From an uncultured delta proteobacterium (GTDB lineage: Bacteria; Desulfobacterota; Desulfomonilia; UBA1062), in the NCBI GenBank assembly GCA_963785235.1, contig CAWAUM010000013.1, positions 64,001 to 128,000 of the forward strand: a DNA stretch of 64,000 nt, written 5' to 3'. Shown here one piece after another: positions 10,309-20,688 of the stretch (positions are counted from its first letter, which is position 1; each line of letters opens with the position of its first letter). The notes below the pieces were generated by a model, which saw only the letters and a list, made by a program, of their open reading frames with translations, was not told the origin of the DNA and did no database searches. The position numbers and the translations under genes are program-made.

Positions 10309-11136
10309 TTATGACTGCCTTTTCCTTAAGACCTCGCGCTGTCTTCTGAAGAGATAGCGTATGATATCCTCTTTTGTATCACCATCAACCTGGAGATATT
10401 TCACCGCCACGGCATAACGTCTGGCCTGTGTACTTGTGAGCCCTTTGACCCGGATAACCTCGCCTGCAAACCTGACAAAAAGGAGCGGAACCAGGGGCAG
10501 GATGAGATGGATCTCCACCAGATCACCAATCTCATATGCCTGCTCTGACAAAAACCGGATGCCGGTGGCCGAGATGTTGACATCCTTGAGCGTACTGTTC
10601 ATGAGTGATCGGAATTCTTCTGCAAGGAACATATGGATTAAAAGATCCAGTTTCCGGTTGATCTCCCAGAGATTCTGGTTCACCTGTGTCTCTTTCTGAT
10701 AGGCTGATTCATCAGCGCCAGGGTATCCGTATTTACCTTTGAGAAACGAATCTATGATGAGCTTGTTTGCATGAATGCGCTCCAGCGCAACAGGCAACAG
10801 GCGTGTCTTTTCGCTTGCATGGCATATCAAGCCCACGTGATGGTAAACCTTGTCATAAATCCTTACATCCTGGCGTCTTTCATGCCCCGGGGATAAATAG
10901 CATTCGATAGAGAGCCTGAAGCCTTTTCCTGTCCGCTCAATGATCTTGGCAAGCACGGAGTCGTTACCATCCGTCACCTTTAAGATCTCACCCAAGGCTA
11001 CTTCAATGCCTGATTCGGGCATAAAGATGAATATATCCTCTTCATTAAATTCAGTTACCGTGCCCTTTACCTTTTTCCCGTCAGGACCGGAGGCATAAAG
11101 CACTGTGCCCAGATCAAGCAGACTGTCAATATTCAT
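10309..11136 (-). CDS. PilZ-domain c-di-GMP receptor
   Basis: RxxxR (RRQDVR), NISATG and C-terminal IIRYLFRRQREVLR. Confidence 0.85.
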   Translation of the reverse strand: MNIDSLLDLGTVLYASGPDGKKVKGTVTEFNEEDIFIFMPESGIEVALGEILKVTDGNDSVLAKIIERTGKGFRLSIECYLSPGHERRQDVRIYDKVYHHVGLICHASEKTRLLPVALERIHANKLIIDSFLKGKYGYPGADESAYQKETQVNQNLWEINRKLDLLIHMFLAEEFRSLMNSTLKDVNISATGIRFLSEQAYEIGDLVEIHLILPLVPLLFVRFAGEVIRVKGLTSTQARRYAVAVKYLQVDGDTKEDIIRYLFRRQREVLRKRQS

Positions 11137-11155
11137 TCCATTATCCTAATAAATT

Positions 11156-12136
11156 TTAGATGTCCTTATAGATTTCTACGCGGTTTCGGCCTTTGCCTTT
11201 TGCCAGATAGAGCCCTGTGTCTACCTGTTTTACAAGATCCGTATGCGTTCGTCCATCCTGATATTGGCCGATACCGATACTGATGGTAATGGCAAGATCA
11301 CCCTGGAATCTCATCTTCTCAACTACGGCACGCAATCTCTCAGCCAGAAGAGATGCCTTATAGATCCCGGTCTGGGGAAGTAAAATCATGAATTCCTCGC
11401 CCCCATAGCGAAATACCATGTCGCTCTTGCGAAGCCTGCTCTGAAACTTGTTTGCAATAGAACTCAGAACCATGTCACCTACCTGATGACCATGCTCATC
11501 GTTAACTCTCTTGAAATGGTCGATATCAATCATCATGAGCGAGAAGGTTGTCTTATAGCGCCTTGCGCGCTCCCACTCCGCTATGAGGGTCTCGGAGAAG
11601 GCCCGGTAATTGAGCAGTCCGGTGAGCCCGTCCCTGAACGCCATATTCATGAGGAGTTCATTGTCCATCAATTTGGCAATGGCGGGCGTCAAATAATTGG
11701 CCCAATCCCTGAAAATGGCCTCATGAACACCGGGATTAATTGAGAGGATCACCTGCATATATGAACTGCTTACAAGAGAGATATCGATCCTGGATGGGCT
11801 GTATGGGGCCTGTCCGCCGGCCAGCACCCGTGTATAGGCAAACCGTTCGGACTTAAGAACCCTCATGGCATCATAATCCCCCCCATCTTTGCCTTCAAGC
11901 ACCGAGTAAGCCCTCAACTCCAAGCCTTTTGTGCTTGTATAGAGTGCAGGAGAAGCCAAGGGAAAGGTCTGGCCCATGAGTGATGCCAGTTCGGTAAAGG
12001 CGCTATGGGAATTATGGCTCATCAAGATGCTCATGATGCTCTCGGTGAACAACCCTAACGGCCTGTTACGGCTCTGATCGAGGGATATTGTCTTTCTTTT
12101 CATGGATGATTCTCTGGCTTCTCGTACGATCATCAT
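11156..12136 (-). CDS. Diguanylate cyclase
   Basis: DGLTGLLN, DIDHFKRVND, RxxD I-site (RKSD) and GGEEF. Confidence 0.92.
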   Translation of the reverse strand: MMIVREARESSMKRKTISLDQSRNRPLGLFTESIMSILMSHNSHSAFTELASLMGQTFPLASPALYTSTKGLELRAYSVLEGKDGGDYDAMRVLKSERFAYTRVLAGGQAPYSPSRIDISLVSSSYMQVILSINPGVHEAIFRDWANYLTPAIAKLMDNELLMNMAFRDGLTGLLNYRAFSETLIAEWERARRYKTTFSLMMIDIDHFKRVNDEHGHQVGDMVLSSIANKFQSRLRKSDMVFRYGGEEFMILLPQTGIYKASLLAERLRAVVEKMRFQGDLAITISIGIGQYQDGRTHTDLVKQVDTGLYLAKGKGRNRVEIYKDI

Positions 12137-12178
12137 ATCTCCCCTTATTGTTTGATCGTGTATAACACCATGGCATTA

Positions 12179-12194
12179 TGCAAAGTATGTGCCT
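12179..12194 (-). promoter_or_regulatory. sigma54 -24/-12 promoter for the GGDEF-PilZ operon
   Basis: AGGCACATACTTTGCA, a GG-N10-GC spacing, ~45 bp upstream of the ATG. Confidence 0.65.
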
Positions 12195-12515
12195 TGATTA
12201 ATCCCCGACCTTGATATATAGTGTCCTGGCATTGTGCATGCCAGCCACGAAGTGGAGATTCATGCAGCACAAACAAGGGAAACAGAGAGGACCAGCTCAC
12301 TTAGGAACCGCAACACATGGAAAATGGCCAAGATACTACCAGAGTGTTACACAGGAACTTTACTATTCGATTCTTTTCAAATCAATTCAACAGGGGTCAT
12401 GGTCGCAGCCATACCAGTGCCTCGCCCCTCATCGTCACAGGCAAATTGCGCCAGGAAATACCGGAAAAGATGTCAGAAACCTGACATAAAGACATATGAA
12501 GGCAGCAGGGAAACT

Positions 12516-13076
12516 ATGAAGAATGACAATATCGATATCAGGTGGCATGGTCGCGGCGGACAAGGCGCCATTACTGCGGCAAAGATCGTTGCCAAGGCCA
12601 TGTTTTCCTCGGGCTATGCGGGTGTGGTCATGGTGCCGACCTTCGGGACAGAGAGGAGGGGTGCTCCGGTATTCACCTCGCTTAAAATATCCAGAGAAAA
12701 GATCTATGACCTCTCCCCCATTGAAAAACCAGACATCATTGTAGTGCTCGACCACGTTTTACTCGAAGAGCAAAATATCACAAGCGGGCTTAAGGATGAC
12801 GGCCTCATTGTCGTCAATTCACCCTGCAGCATCGATGACTACCGGTTTGATGGCAGGAAGGTGGCTATCTGCGATGTGAGCTCGCTCTCAATAAAGGCAG
12901 GGCTCCCTGAGGGCATGGTGAATTCCGGCATCATAGGTGCATTTGCCTTTGCCAGCTCTATCATCGGCATGGATGCACTTGTAGAGGCCATCAAGGAAGA
13001 ATTCTCGGATCGCAGACCGGATAAAAATGCCCAGGCAGCCATGCTGGCATATGAAAACACGATTATCGGAGGGTGA
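12516..13076 (+). CDS. porC: Pyruvate/2-oxoacid:ferredoxin oxidoreductase gamma subunit
   Basis: IRWHGRGGQGAITAA and FGTERRGAPV; true start probably ATG 12516. Confidence 0.9.
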   Translation: MKNDNIDIRWHGRGGQGAITAAKIVAKAMFSSGYAGVVMVPTFGTERRGAPVFTSLKISREKIYDLSPIEKPDIIVVLDHVLLEEQNITSGLKDDGLIVVNSPCSIDDYRFDGRKVAICDVSSLSIKAGLPEGMVNSGIIGAFAFASSIIGMDALVEAIKEEFSDRRPDKNAQAAMLAYENTIIGG

Positions 13077-13079
13077 AAG

Positions 13080-13394
13080 GTGGGTACACGCCAATACGGC
13101 CACAAGACATCGCATAGTGAACCAGGCCCGGGTGATGGCGGCAGGACCGGCTCATGGAGGGTAGCACGCCCTATCATGGATGCAAGCACCTGCATCCCGG
13201 CAAAACGGGGCACGGCATCCTGCTTCATCTGCTGGCTCTACTGCCCGGACGGGGTTATCACCAGGACCGTACCCCCGACAATCGACTATGAATACTGCAA
13301 GGGCTGCGGGATCTGCGCAGAGGAATGTCCCACCAAGGCCATCACCATGGTGGAAGAGTCGTGTTTCATACAGACAGAAGAGAGGAAGCGGTAG
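13080..13394 (+). CDS. porD: 2-oxoacid:ferredoxin oxidoreductase delta subunit (2x[4Fe-4S])
   Basis: TGSWRVARP, CFICWLYCPD and YCKGCGICAEECP. Confidence 0.9.
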   Translation: MGTRQYGHKTSHSEPGPGDGGRTGSWRVARPIMDASTCIPAKRGTASCFICWLYCPDGVITRTVPPTIDYEYCKGCGICAEECPTKAITMVEESCFIQTEERKR

Positions 13395-13395
13395 A

Positions 13396-14601
13396 ATGCA
13401 CATCATCGAATCCGGCAATGTCGCTGCCGCGCTGGGAGTAAAGCTCTCGCGGGCACAGGTCATTGCAGCATACCCCATAACCCCCCAGACCCCGCTCACC
13501 GAGAAACTCTCGGAGTTCATCGAGTCCGGCCAGATGGATGCCCAGTATGTCCCTGTGGAGAGCGAGCACAGCGCCCTTGCGGTCTGCATAGCCGCTTCAT
13601 CCACCGGAGCCAGGGCCTTCACCGCCACCAGCGCCAACGGGCTGCTCTATATGCACGAGCAGATCCACTGGGCAGCAGGCGCCAGGCTGCCCCTGGTCAT
13701 GTGCGTGGTGAACAGGGGGGTCGGCGCGCCATGGACCATCTGGAACGACCACCAGGATTCCATCTCCCAGCGTGACACAGGGTGGATACAGATTTATGTC
13801 AATGACCACCAGCAGATCATAGACGGCGTCATCAAGGCCTTCATGCTCGCCGAGGAGGTCATGATCCCTGTCATGCTCTGCTATGACGGCTATCTGCTCT
13901 CCCATACCTATATGCCCTTCGAAGTACCGGGCCAGGAGCTCTCGGATGCATTTCTGCCTCCCTATAAACCGCCCTACGCGCTGGACCCTGCAAATCCGGC
14001 CAACTTGAATACCGTTACGTTACCCGATGTGAGGGTTGATGCGAAAGGCCGTACCGCCCACGGTTACATGGAGATCAGGTCCCTCCTCCAGGAAGATATG
14101 CAAGACGCAATCAATGTGATGAGCCGCGTGGAGGAGCGTTTCAAGGAACACTTCGGCCGGGGCGGCAACCCACATTATGAGACATATAAGTGCGAGGATG
14201 CAAGGTTCATCGCCGTAAGCCTGGGATCGCTCTCATATCACCTGCGCGAGGTTATTGACAGGCTAAGGGATGACGGCATCAAGGCCGGGATCATGAGCAT
14301 TCACCTCTACCGGCCTTTTCCGGCCCAGGTTATTGCACAAGGGCTTGCAGGCGCCGAAGGGGTGGTTGTCTTCGAAAAGGCACTCAGCTATGGATATGAA
14401 GGCGCTCTGTGCTCTGATGTAAAAGCGGCCCTGTACACCTTTAACGGATCCCAAAAGAAGAGGCCCTTTGTACATAATTATATCCTTGGCCTCGGCGGCA
14501 GGGAGATAAAGACCACTGACCTCTATGAAGCCTTCAAAGACTCCTGCCTCAACAAAGGCAAGGCAGGCGCCGGCCTTAAGTGGATCGGGTTGAAGATCTA
14601 A
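13396..14601 (+). CDS. porA: 2-oxoacid:ferredoxin oxidoreductase alpha subunit
   Basis: AAYPITPQT, VESEHSA and GLGGRE; start at ATG 13396. Confidence 0.92.
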   Translation: MHIIESGNVAAALGVKLSRAQVIAAYPITPQTPLTEKLSEFIESGQMDAQYVPVESEHSALAVCIAASSTGARAFTATSANGLLYMHEQIHWAAGARLPLVMCVVNRGVGAPWTIWNDHQDSISQRDTGWIQIYVNDHQQIIDGVIKAFMLAEEVMIPVMLCYDGYLLSHTYMPFEVPGQELSDAFLPPYKPPYALDPANPANLNTVTLPDVRVDAKGRTAHGYMEIRSLLQEDMQDAINVMSRVEERFKEHFGRGGNPHYETYKCEDARFIAVSLGSLSYHLREVIDRLRDDGIKAGIMSIHLYRPFPAQVIAQGLAGAEGVVVFEKALSYGYEGALCSDVKAALYTFNGSQKKRPFVHNYILGLGGREIKTTDLYEAFKDSCLNKGKAGAGLKWIGLKI

Positions 14602-14614
14602 GGAGAACAATGCC

Positions 14615-15530
14615 ATGCATATGAAGACCACCATCCTGAGCCTGCCTGAAGAGGAATTCGTACACCCCGGCAACAGGGCCTGTGCAGGCTGCGGCCTGGG
14701 CATCGCATACAGGATCGCGCTGAAGGCACTTGGCAATAACACCATCCTCGTTGTGCCTCCGAGCTGCCTTACGGTTCTTCAGGGGCTCTATCCGGTGGCA
14801 GCCACTAAACTCCCCTGCCTGAATGTCACCTTTGCCTCGACTGCCGCGGCATCCACAGGGATGGTTGCCGCACTCAAGGCGCTCAAGAAGGACATCAAGG
14901 TCGTGGCATGGGCCGGAGACGGCGGCACGGCCGACATCGGGCTCCAGGCACTCTCAGGAGCAGCCGAGCGCGGAGACAACTTCCTGTTCATCTGCTACGA
15001 CAACGAGGGCTATATGAACACCGGTGTTCAGCGCTCGGGAACCACGCCCCAGTGGGCCATCACATCAAACACCCCCATCAAGGGAAAGATACAGCAGAAA
15101 AAGGATGTCCCTTCCATTATGGCGGCGCATCATCTCTCCTATGTAGCCACCTGCTCCGCATCCTACCCCCTGGACCTCTATGACAAGGTCAAAAAGGCCG
15201 TGACGTTCCCCGGTCTTAAATACATCCATATCCAGATCCCCTGCCCTCCCGGGCTGGGGTTTCGAGGCCCGGTATGCCGTGAAGCTGGGCAAGCTTGCGG
15301 TTGAGACGGGGCTGTTCGAACTTTACGAGGTGGAGCAGGATATACAACGGCTTACCGGTGCATCCAGGAAGATCGCAGACAAACGTGCCCTTGTGCCTGT
15401 AGCAGAATTTTTCAAGGCACAGAGCCGGTTCAGGCTGATGGACTCATCCCGGATCGAAACTATCCAGGAGCAGATCAACAGGAAATGGGCCGGCGCCTTC
15501 GAGATCGCAGGCGATACGGACGAACCCTAG
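14615..15530 (+). CDS. porB: 2-oxoacid:ferredoxin oxidoreductase beta subunit, frameshift at ~15252
   Basis: ACAGCG and GDGG..DIG..YDNEGYMNTG TPP motif. An extra G at PCPPG|WGF shifts the frame, which continues into ORF 15279..15530. Confidence 0.9.
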
Positions 15531-16507
15531 CGCAGCGCAAGCTCCAGGTGCTCCCTGTCTAGATTGCCGCCCGACATGATGAGCGCCACCTTCTTGCCCT
15601 TGAGCTTTTCCTTTATCTTTATCGCAGCAATGAGTGAGGCCGCACCGGCGCCCTCGGCGAGGTTGTGCGTGGTGGTGAGAGCCAGGCGGATTCCCTCGAG
15701 AATCTCATCTTCGCTCAAGAGGACAACCTCTTTGATATGGTCCTTCATTATGACATAGGGGAGCTGGAATACACTCCTGGCCGCCAGACCGTCCGCTATG
15801 GTCTCCGCTTCATCCAGTACAACCCACTCGCCTTTTTGGAGAGAGTTATAGAAGGCAGCGGCCTTGGCTGCCTGTACACCTATAATCTCTACTGCCGGAT
15901 TGATGGCCTGTGCAACCCGGAGCAAAGAGGCGCATCCCCCGCCTCCTCCGATGGGGCAGATGATCACGTCCACGTCCGGCAGGTCTTCGAAGATCTCAAG
16001 GCCCATGGTGCCGATTCCATTGAGCATCGCAGGTTCATTTCCCTGTTCAACATAATAGTAGCCGGCAGCCGCAACCAGCTCATCACAATAGAACTGGGCA
16101 TCATAGAAATCATGGCCATGCACGATAAGTTCCGCCCCAAAGCTCTCAATAATACGATTGATCTCGGGGTTGTTGTTCTCCGGGACCACAACGGTGCATG
16201 GCGTGTGAAACCACTGGCCGGCCCATGCCATGGCAAGACCGTGGTTGCCTCTTGTGGAGACGAGCACGCCATTTGCCACATCCTCCTTGGGGATTGTCTG
16301 GAAGAAGTTCAAGGCCCCGCGGATCTTGAAGGAGCCTGTGGGCAGGTGGTTTTCATGCTTCACAAAGGCATCGCACCCGATGATCCTGCTGAGCTCCGAG
16401 TAATAAATGAGGTTCGTCCGGTGAATATAGGTTTTGATGGCTGTCTTTGCCTTCAGTATATCCTTGATTGTTACATGAGAGCTCAGTCGTTCGTACTTTT
16501 TCAGCAT
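15527..16507 (-). CDS. PLP-dependent threonine/serine dehydratase family protein (no ACT domain)
   Basis: TGSFKIRGA, STRGNHG, PIGGGGG and SGGN. Confidence 0.88.
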   Translation of the reverse strand: MLKKYERLSSHVTIKDILKAKTAIKTYIHRTNLIYYSELSRIIGCDAFVKHENHLPTGSFKIRGALNFFQTIPKEDVANGVLVSTRGNHGLAMAWAGQWFHTPCTVVVPENNNPEINRIIESFGAELIVHGHDFYDAQFYCDELVAAAGYYYVEQGNEPAMLNGIGTMGLEIFEDLPDVDVIICPIGGGGGCASLLRVAQAINPAVEIIGVQAAKAAAFYNSLQKGEWVVLDEAETIADGLAARSVFQLPYVIMKDHIKEVVLLSEDEILEGIRLALTTTHNLAEGAGAASLIAAIKIKEKLKGKKVALIMSGGNLDREHLELALR

Positions 16508-16530
16508 AGCACCACCCGCATTATTTCGGA

Positions 16531-17184
16531 TTAAAATTTGTATCCCGGTTTCTTGGGACGTGCCCTTACCATCTGGACAAACAGGCCTATCACGATGCCG
16601 AGGAAAATGAATATCCCTCCGATGAAGGTAAAGATCAATTTCTCTGATGTCTTTAACCTGGTATTCTCTGCATCAATGACACTTAGCTTCTTTGAGCATT
16701 CCCTTGAATCCTGCACCAGCTTGTCATAATCCCGTTTAAGACTGGGGCAGTCGGCGAATGCAACCTCCGGGGGGACTACTATGCCCTGCGTCCTGTCGTT
16801 AGGAGAAGCAGCACCGCCTGTTGTGTGGCTTGCGATCAGGCCGCGTAACCGCATGTTCTCGATCTGCAACGCACTGAACTTATCCTCCAGCTGTTTCACA
16901 TGGAGGGTTTTCGGTGGCTGAGCACTCAGGAAGCGCCCGGCGACCCACCCCTCTTTCCCGTCCTTGGTCTGGATCCGTATCCACCCCTTCCCTTCCTCAA
17001 GGACTTCCACATATTCATTGGTGCTTGCCGTGCCCATGGCTGAAGATGTTTCATCAGGGGCGGACCGGAGCGTAATAACGATCCAGTCCCTCACGTACAT
17101 GCTCTTTGCATACAGACAGACCGGGATAGAAAAGGCTACAAACGCGCAGATAAGAACTACGGAACCTACAACTCCTCTACTCAT
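16531..17184 (-). CDS. SH3-domain membrane protein (YgiM/TIGR04211-like)
   Basis: Signal peptide, SH3b (W.RI.T.DGKEGWV), coiled coil and C-terminal TM. Confidence 0.8.
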   Translation of the reverse strand: MSRGVVGSVVLICAFVAFSIPVCLYAKSMYVRDWIVITLRSAPDETSSAMGTASTNEYVEVLEEGKGWIRIQTKDGKEGWVAGRFLSAQPPKTLHVKQLEDKFSALQIENMRLRGLIASHTTGGAASPNDRTQGIVVPPEVAFADCPSLKRDYDKLVQDSRECSKKLSVIDAENTRLKTSEKLIFTFIGGIFIFLGIVIGLFVQMVRARPKKPGYKF

Positions 17185-17457
17185 TGCAGAACCTCATATA
17201 CACACTCTATAATCAGTGTGATCATAGAGTATCGTATAACTTGACCCCATGCAATACTTTCCATGTATATTTCTTTACCCCTTTCGTTTTCTTCTTTGAA
17301 ATATAAATGAATTTTAAATGTACAATAATCAATAGGCTTAGGGTAATTGCAAAAATCACACTATCAGTATGACCCCATCCGGAACTTCGATGGAGAGGCA
17401 CATGTAATCCAGACTTATCATCATCTGACAATGCAAGTGATCATGGGTCTGCTCATG

Positions 17458-20400
17458 TCAATCATTTCTGTCTGCAATGGATACCTGGCTTTTAGGGGGG
17501 CTACCACTTGAAGATTCCCCTGGAGGAGATGACACTCCATGTTTCTCTTTACGCCGATCAGCGAGTTTATCAAATATGTAGAAAAACAGCGGCACATAGA
17601 GCATTGCCAGGGTTGTTTCACCGATCATGCCGCCCATTATACCTGTACCTATAGAATGACGGGCATTTGCACCGGCACCGGTTGCGATCGCCAGCGGCAG
17701 CACGCCCAGGATGAAAGCGAGAGATGTCATGATGATGGGCCTCAGGCGTTCCTCGCCGGCCTGAATGGTTGCATCCATGACTGACAGCCCCTGTTTCTTC
17801 AGCTCCACGGCAAACGCCACCCTCAGCACTGCGTTCTTAGCGCCGAGCCCGATCAGCACCAGGAGGCCGATCTGGAAGTAGACGTCGTTGTTGAGGCCCC
17901 GCATCCAGTTGAAGACAAGGGCGCCGAAAATGCCGAAGGGTACTGCCGTCAAGACCGAGCAGGGCAGGATCCAGGATTCGAACTGCGCAGACAGCACGAG
18001 GAATACGATGATGATGCCGAAGATGAAGGCTATTGCCGAGGTGCTCCCCGACTTCTTCTCCTCGTAGGCCATCCCCGACCAGGCGAAGCTGTACCCGTCA
18101 GGGAGTACCTCCTGAGCAATTTCCTCCATTGCCTTGATCGCAGTTCCGGAGCTGTACTCGGTCGCCGCGGAGCCCGTGATCTGGGCGGCCGGGAACCCGT
18201 TGAAGTGCGGCACCAGGTCGGGCCCCGTCACGTAGCTGGTCTTCACCAGGGCGGAGAGCGGGACCATGTCGCCCTTGTTCGAGCGCGTATAGAGGTTGAT
18301 GATGTCGGACGGGTTTTCCCGGTAAGGGGCCTCGGACTGTAGCACAACGTTCCACACGCGGCTGTACTGGTTGAACTGGCTGACAGTGATCGAGCCGAAC
18401 TGGGCCTGCAGGGCGCTGTACACGTCGTCGACCGGGACGTCGAGGAGCACCGACTTGGAGCGGTCGACCTCGGCCTTGAGCTGCTGCGAGGTGGCGCGGA
18501 ACGTGGTGTTCATGCCGGAAAGCTCGGGCCGCTCCTTCGCCTTTGCGATGAACTGTTTGGTGACCTCGCCCAGGCGCACGGGATCACCACCCCCCTTGTC
18601 CTGGATCCAGAACTCGAACCCGCCCGTGGTTCCGATGCCCGGGATGGGCGGCGGAGCGATCGGGAGGAAGACGCCCGTGTTGATGTTGTGGGACCCTGCG
18701 TACACATCGAGGAGCACGGCCTTGGCGTTCTCCTTCTTGGCGCGGGCGATGGACGAGTAGCGCTCCTCGAAGTCCTTGAATGTCGTGAAGAAGGTGGCGA
18801 CATTCGACTTGTACTGTCCGTCGATGAGGCTGAATCCGTTCACCGTGGTCCGGTCCTGAACCGCCACGTTCTTCGCGAACAGCTCGTCTATCTTGGCGGA
18901 GGCCTCCACGGTGCGGGAGAAGCTCGTGGCGTCCGGCATGATGAGCTGCCCCATCACGTAGCCCTGGTCCTCGTTGGGCACGAAGCTGGTGGGGATGGTG
19001 AGGAACAGGTGTACGAGGGCATAGAGCATGAAGGCCAGCAGGACGAAGGCCACGGTCATGCGCTTGATCATGAGCACCACCGCGTCGCCGAAGCCGGCGG
19101 TGAAGCGGTCGAACTTGGCGTTGAACCAGTCGAAGAAGCGGTTGAGCATCCCGAAGACGCCCGTCCTGGAAGACTCGCTGTGCGTAAGCAGGATGCTGCA
19201 CATGACGGGGCTCAGGGTCAGGGCCACGAACCCCGAGATGACCACGGAAATGACGATGGTGACGGCGAACTGCTTGTAGAGCTGTCCGGTGGTCCCGGGG
19301 AGGAACGCGGCCGGGATGAAAATCGAGGCCATGACGAGCACCACGGCGACGAGGGCGCCCCCGATCTCCTCCATGGCCTTGATGGTGGCTTCTCTGGCGG
19401 GAAGCTTGAACTTGGTCATATTGCGCTCCACGTTCTCCACCACGACGATGGCGTCGTCGACCACCATGCCGATAGCGAGCACGAGGCCGAAGAGCGTGAG
19501 GAGGTTGATGGAGAAGCCCATGACCAGCATCCCGGCGAAGGCTCCGATCAGCGCCACGAAAATCGCCACGATGCAGATGATCGTGGAGCGGAACTTCTGC
19601 AGGAAGATATAGACGACCAGGATCACCAGCAGGATGGCCTCGAACAGGGTGTGGACCACCTCCTTGATGGAGATGCGCACGAAGTCCGTTGTGTCAAGCG
19701 CGATGGTGTACTCGATGCCCTCGGGCATCGATGCCTTCAGATTTTCGAGGGTCTTCTTGACGTTCTTCGAGACCTCGAGCCCGTTGGCGCCCGGCTGCTG
19801 GTACACGATGATGGGAGAGGCGTGCATGCCGTTGAGCCTGTTGTCATCGATGTACTGCTTGCGGCCCACCTCGGCCCGGGCTACGTCCTTGAGCCGCACG
19901 ATCGCGCTGCCGTCCTGGCTGGACTTAAGGATGATGTTCTCGTACTCCTTCGGCTGCACGAAGGGGGACTGCGTCACTACGGGGAACGTCAGCTGCACGT
20001 CCTTGCTGCTTGGCTGCTGGCCGATTTGGCCGGCGCCGAAGAGGGCGTTCTGCCTGGCCACGGCGTTCTGGATGTCGGAGGTGGTGATCCCCATCGAGGC
20101 CATCTTGTTCGGGTTCATCCAGATGCGCATCGCCTGGTCCGGTACGCCGAAAATCATCGCCTGGCCCGCGCCGTTCACCCGCTTGATGGCGTCGAGGACG
20201 TAGACGTTGGTGTAGTTGGTCACGTATTCCGGGCTGTACCGGCCGTCCTTGTTGAAGAAGGCGATGATCATCAGGGGGGAGGTCGATTTCTTCTGCACCG
20301 ACACCCCGTACTTCGTCACCGAATCGGGCAGGCTCGGCGCCGCCAGGTTGACCCTGTTCTGCACCTGCACCTGGGCGTTGTCCGGGTCGGTGCCCAGCTC

Positions 20401-20685
20401 GAAGTAGACGGTGATGGTCAGCTGGCCCGTGTTGGAGCTGGTGGATGTCATGTAGAGCATGTTGTCGATGCCGTTGATCTGGGCCTCGATGGGGGCTGCC
20501 ACCGAGTCGCCCACGGTCTTCGAATCGGCGCCGGGGTACATCGCGGTCACAGTGATCTGGACCGGGGTGATCGTGGGGTACATCTCCACGGGCAGGGTCT
20601 TTATCGCGACCAAGCCGGCGATGACGATGAGGAACGAAACGACGGTGGCGAAGATGGGCCGTTCTATGAAGAACTTCGAAAACAT
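17458..20685 (-). CDS. HAE1-family RND efflux permease
   Basis: FFIERPIFA, GMVVDDAIVVVEN and RLRPIIMTSLAF. Confidence 0.95.
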   Translation of the reverse strand: MFSKFFIERPIFATVVSFLIVIAGLVAIKTLPVEMYPTITPVQITVTAMYPGADSKTVGDSVAAPIEAQINGIDNMLYMTSTSSNTGQLTITVYFELGTDPDNAQVQVQNRVNLAAPSLPDSVTKYGVSVQKKSTSPLMIIAFFNKDGRYSPEYVTNYTNVYVLDAIKRVNGAGQAMIFGVPDQAMRIWMNPNKMASMGITTSDIQNAVARQNALFGAGQIGQQPSSKDVQLTFPVVTQSPFVQPKEYENIILKSSQDGSAIVRLKDVARAEVGRKQYIDDNRLNGMHASPIIVYQQPGANGLEVSKNVKKTLENLKASMPEGIEYTIALDTTDFVRISIKEVVHTLFEAILLVILVVYIFLQKFRSTIICIVAIFVALIGAFAGMLVMGFSINLLTLFGLVLAIGMVVDDAIVVVENVERNMTKFKLPAREATIKAMEEIGGALVAVVLVMASIFIPAAFLPGTTGQLYKQFAVTIVISVVISGFVALTLSPVMCSILLTHSESSRTGVFGMLNRFFDWFNAKFDRFTAGFGDAVVLMIKRMTVAFVLLAFMLYALVHLFLTIPTSFVPNEDQGYVMGQLIMPDATSFSRTVEASAKIDELFAKNVAVQDRTTVNGFSLIDGQYKSNVATFFTTFKDFEERYSSIARAKKENAKAVLLDVYAGSHNINTGVFLPIAPPPIPGIGTTGGFEFWIQDKGGGDPVRLGEVTKQFIAKAKERPELSGMNTTFRATSQQLKAEVDRSKSVLLDVPVDDVYSALQAQFGSITVSQFNQYSRVWNVVLQSEAPYRENPSDIINLYTRSNKGDMVPLSALVKTSYVTGPDLVPHFNGFPAAQITGSAATEYSSGTAIKAMEEIAQEVLPDGYSFAWSGMAYEEKKSGSTSAIAFIFGIIIVFLVLSAQFESWILPCSVLTAVPFGIFGALVFNWMRGLNNDVYFQIGLLVLIGLGAKNAVLRVAFAVELKKQGLSVMDATIQAGEERLRPIIMTSLAFILGVLPLAIATGAGANARHSIGTGIMGGMIGETTLAMLYVPLFFYIFDKLADRRKEKHGVSSPPGESSSGSPPKSQVSIADRND

Positions 20686-20688
20686 GGC

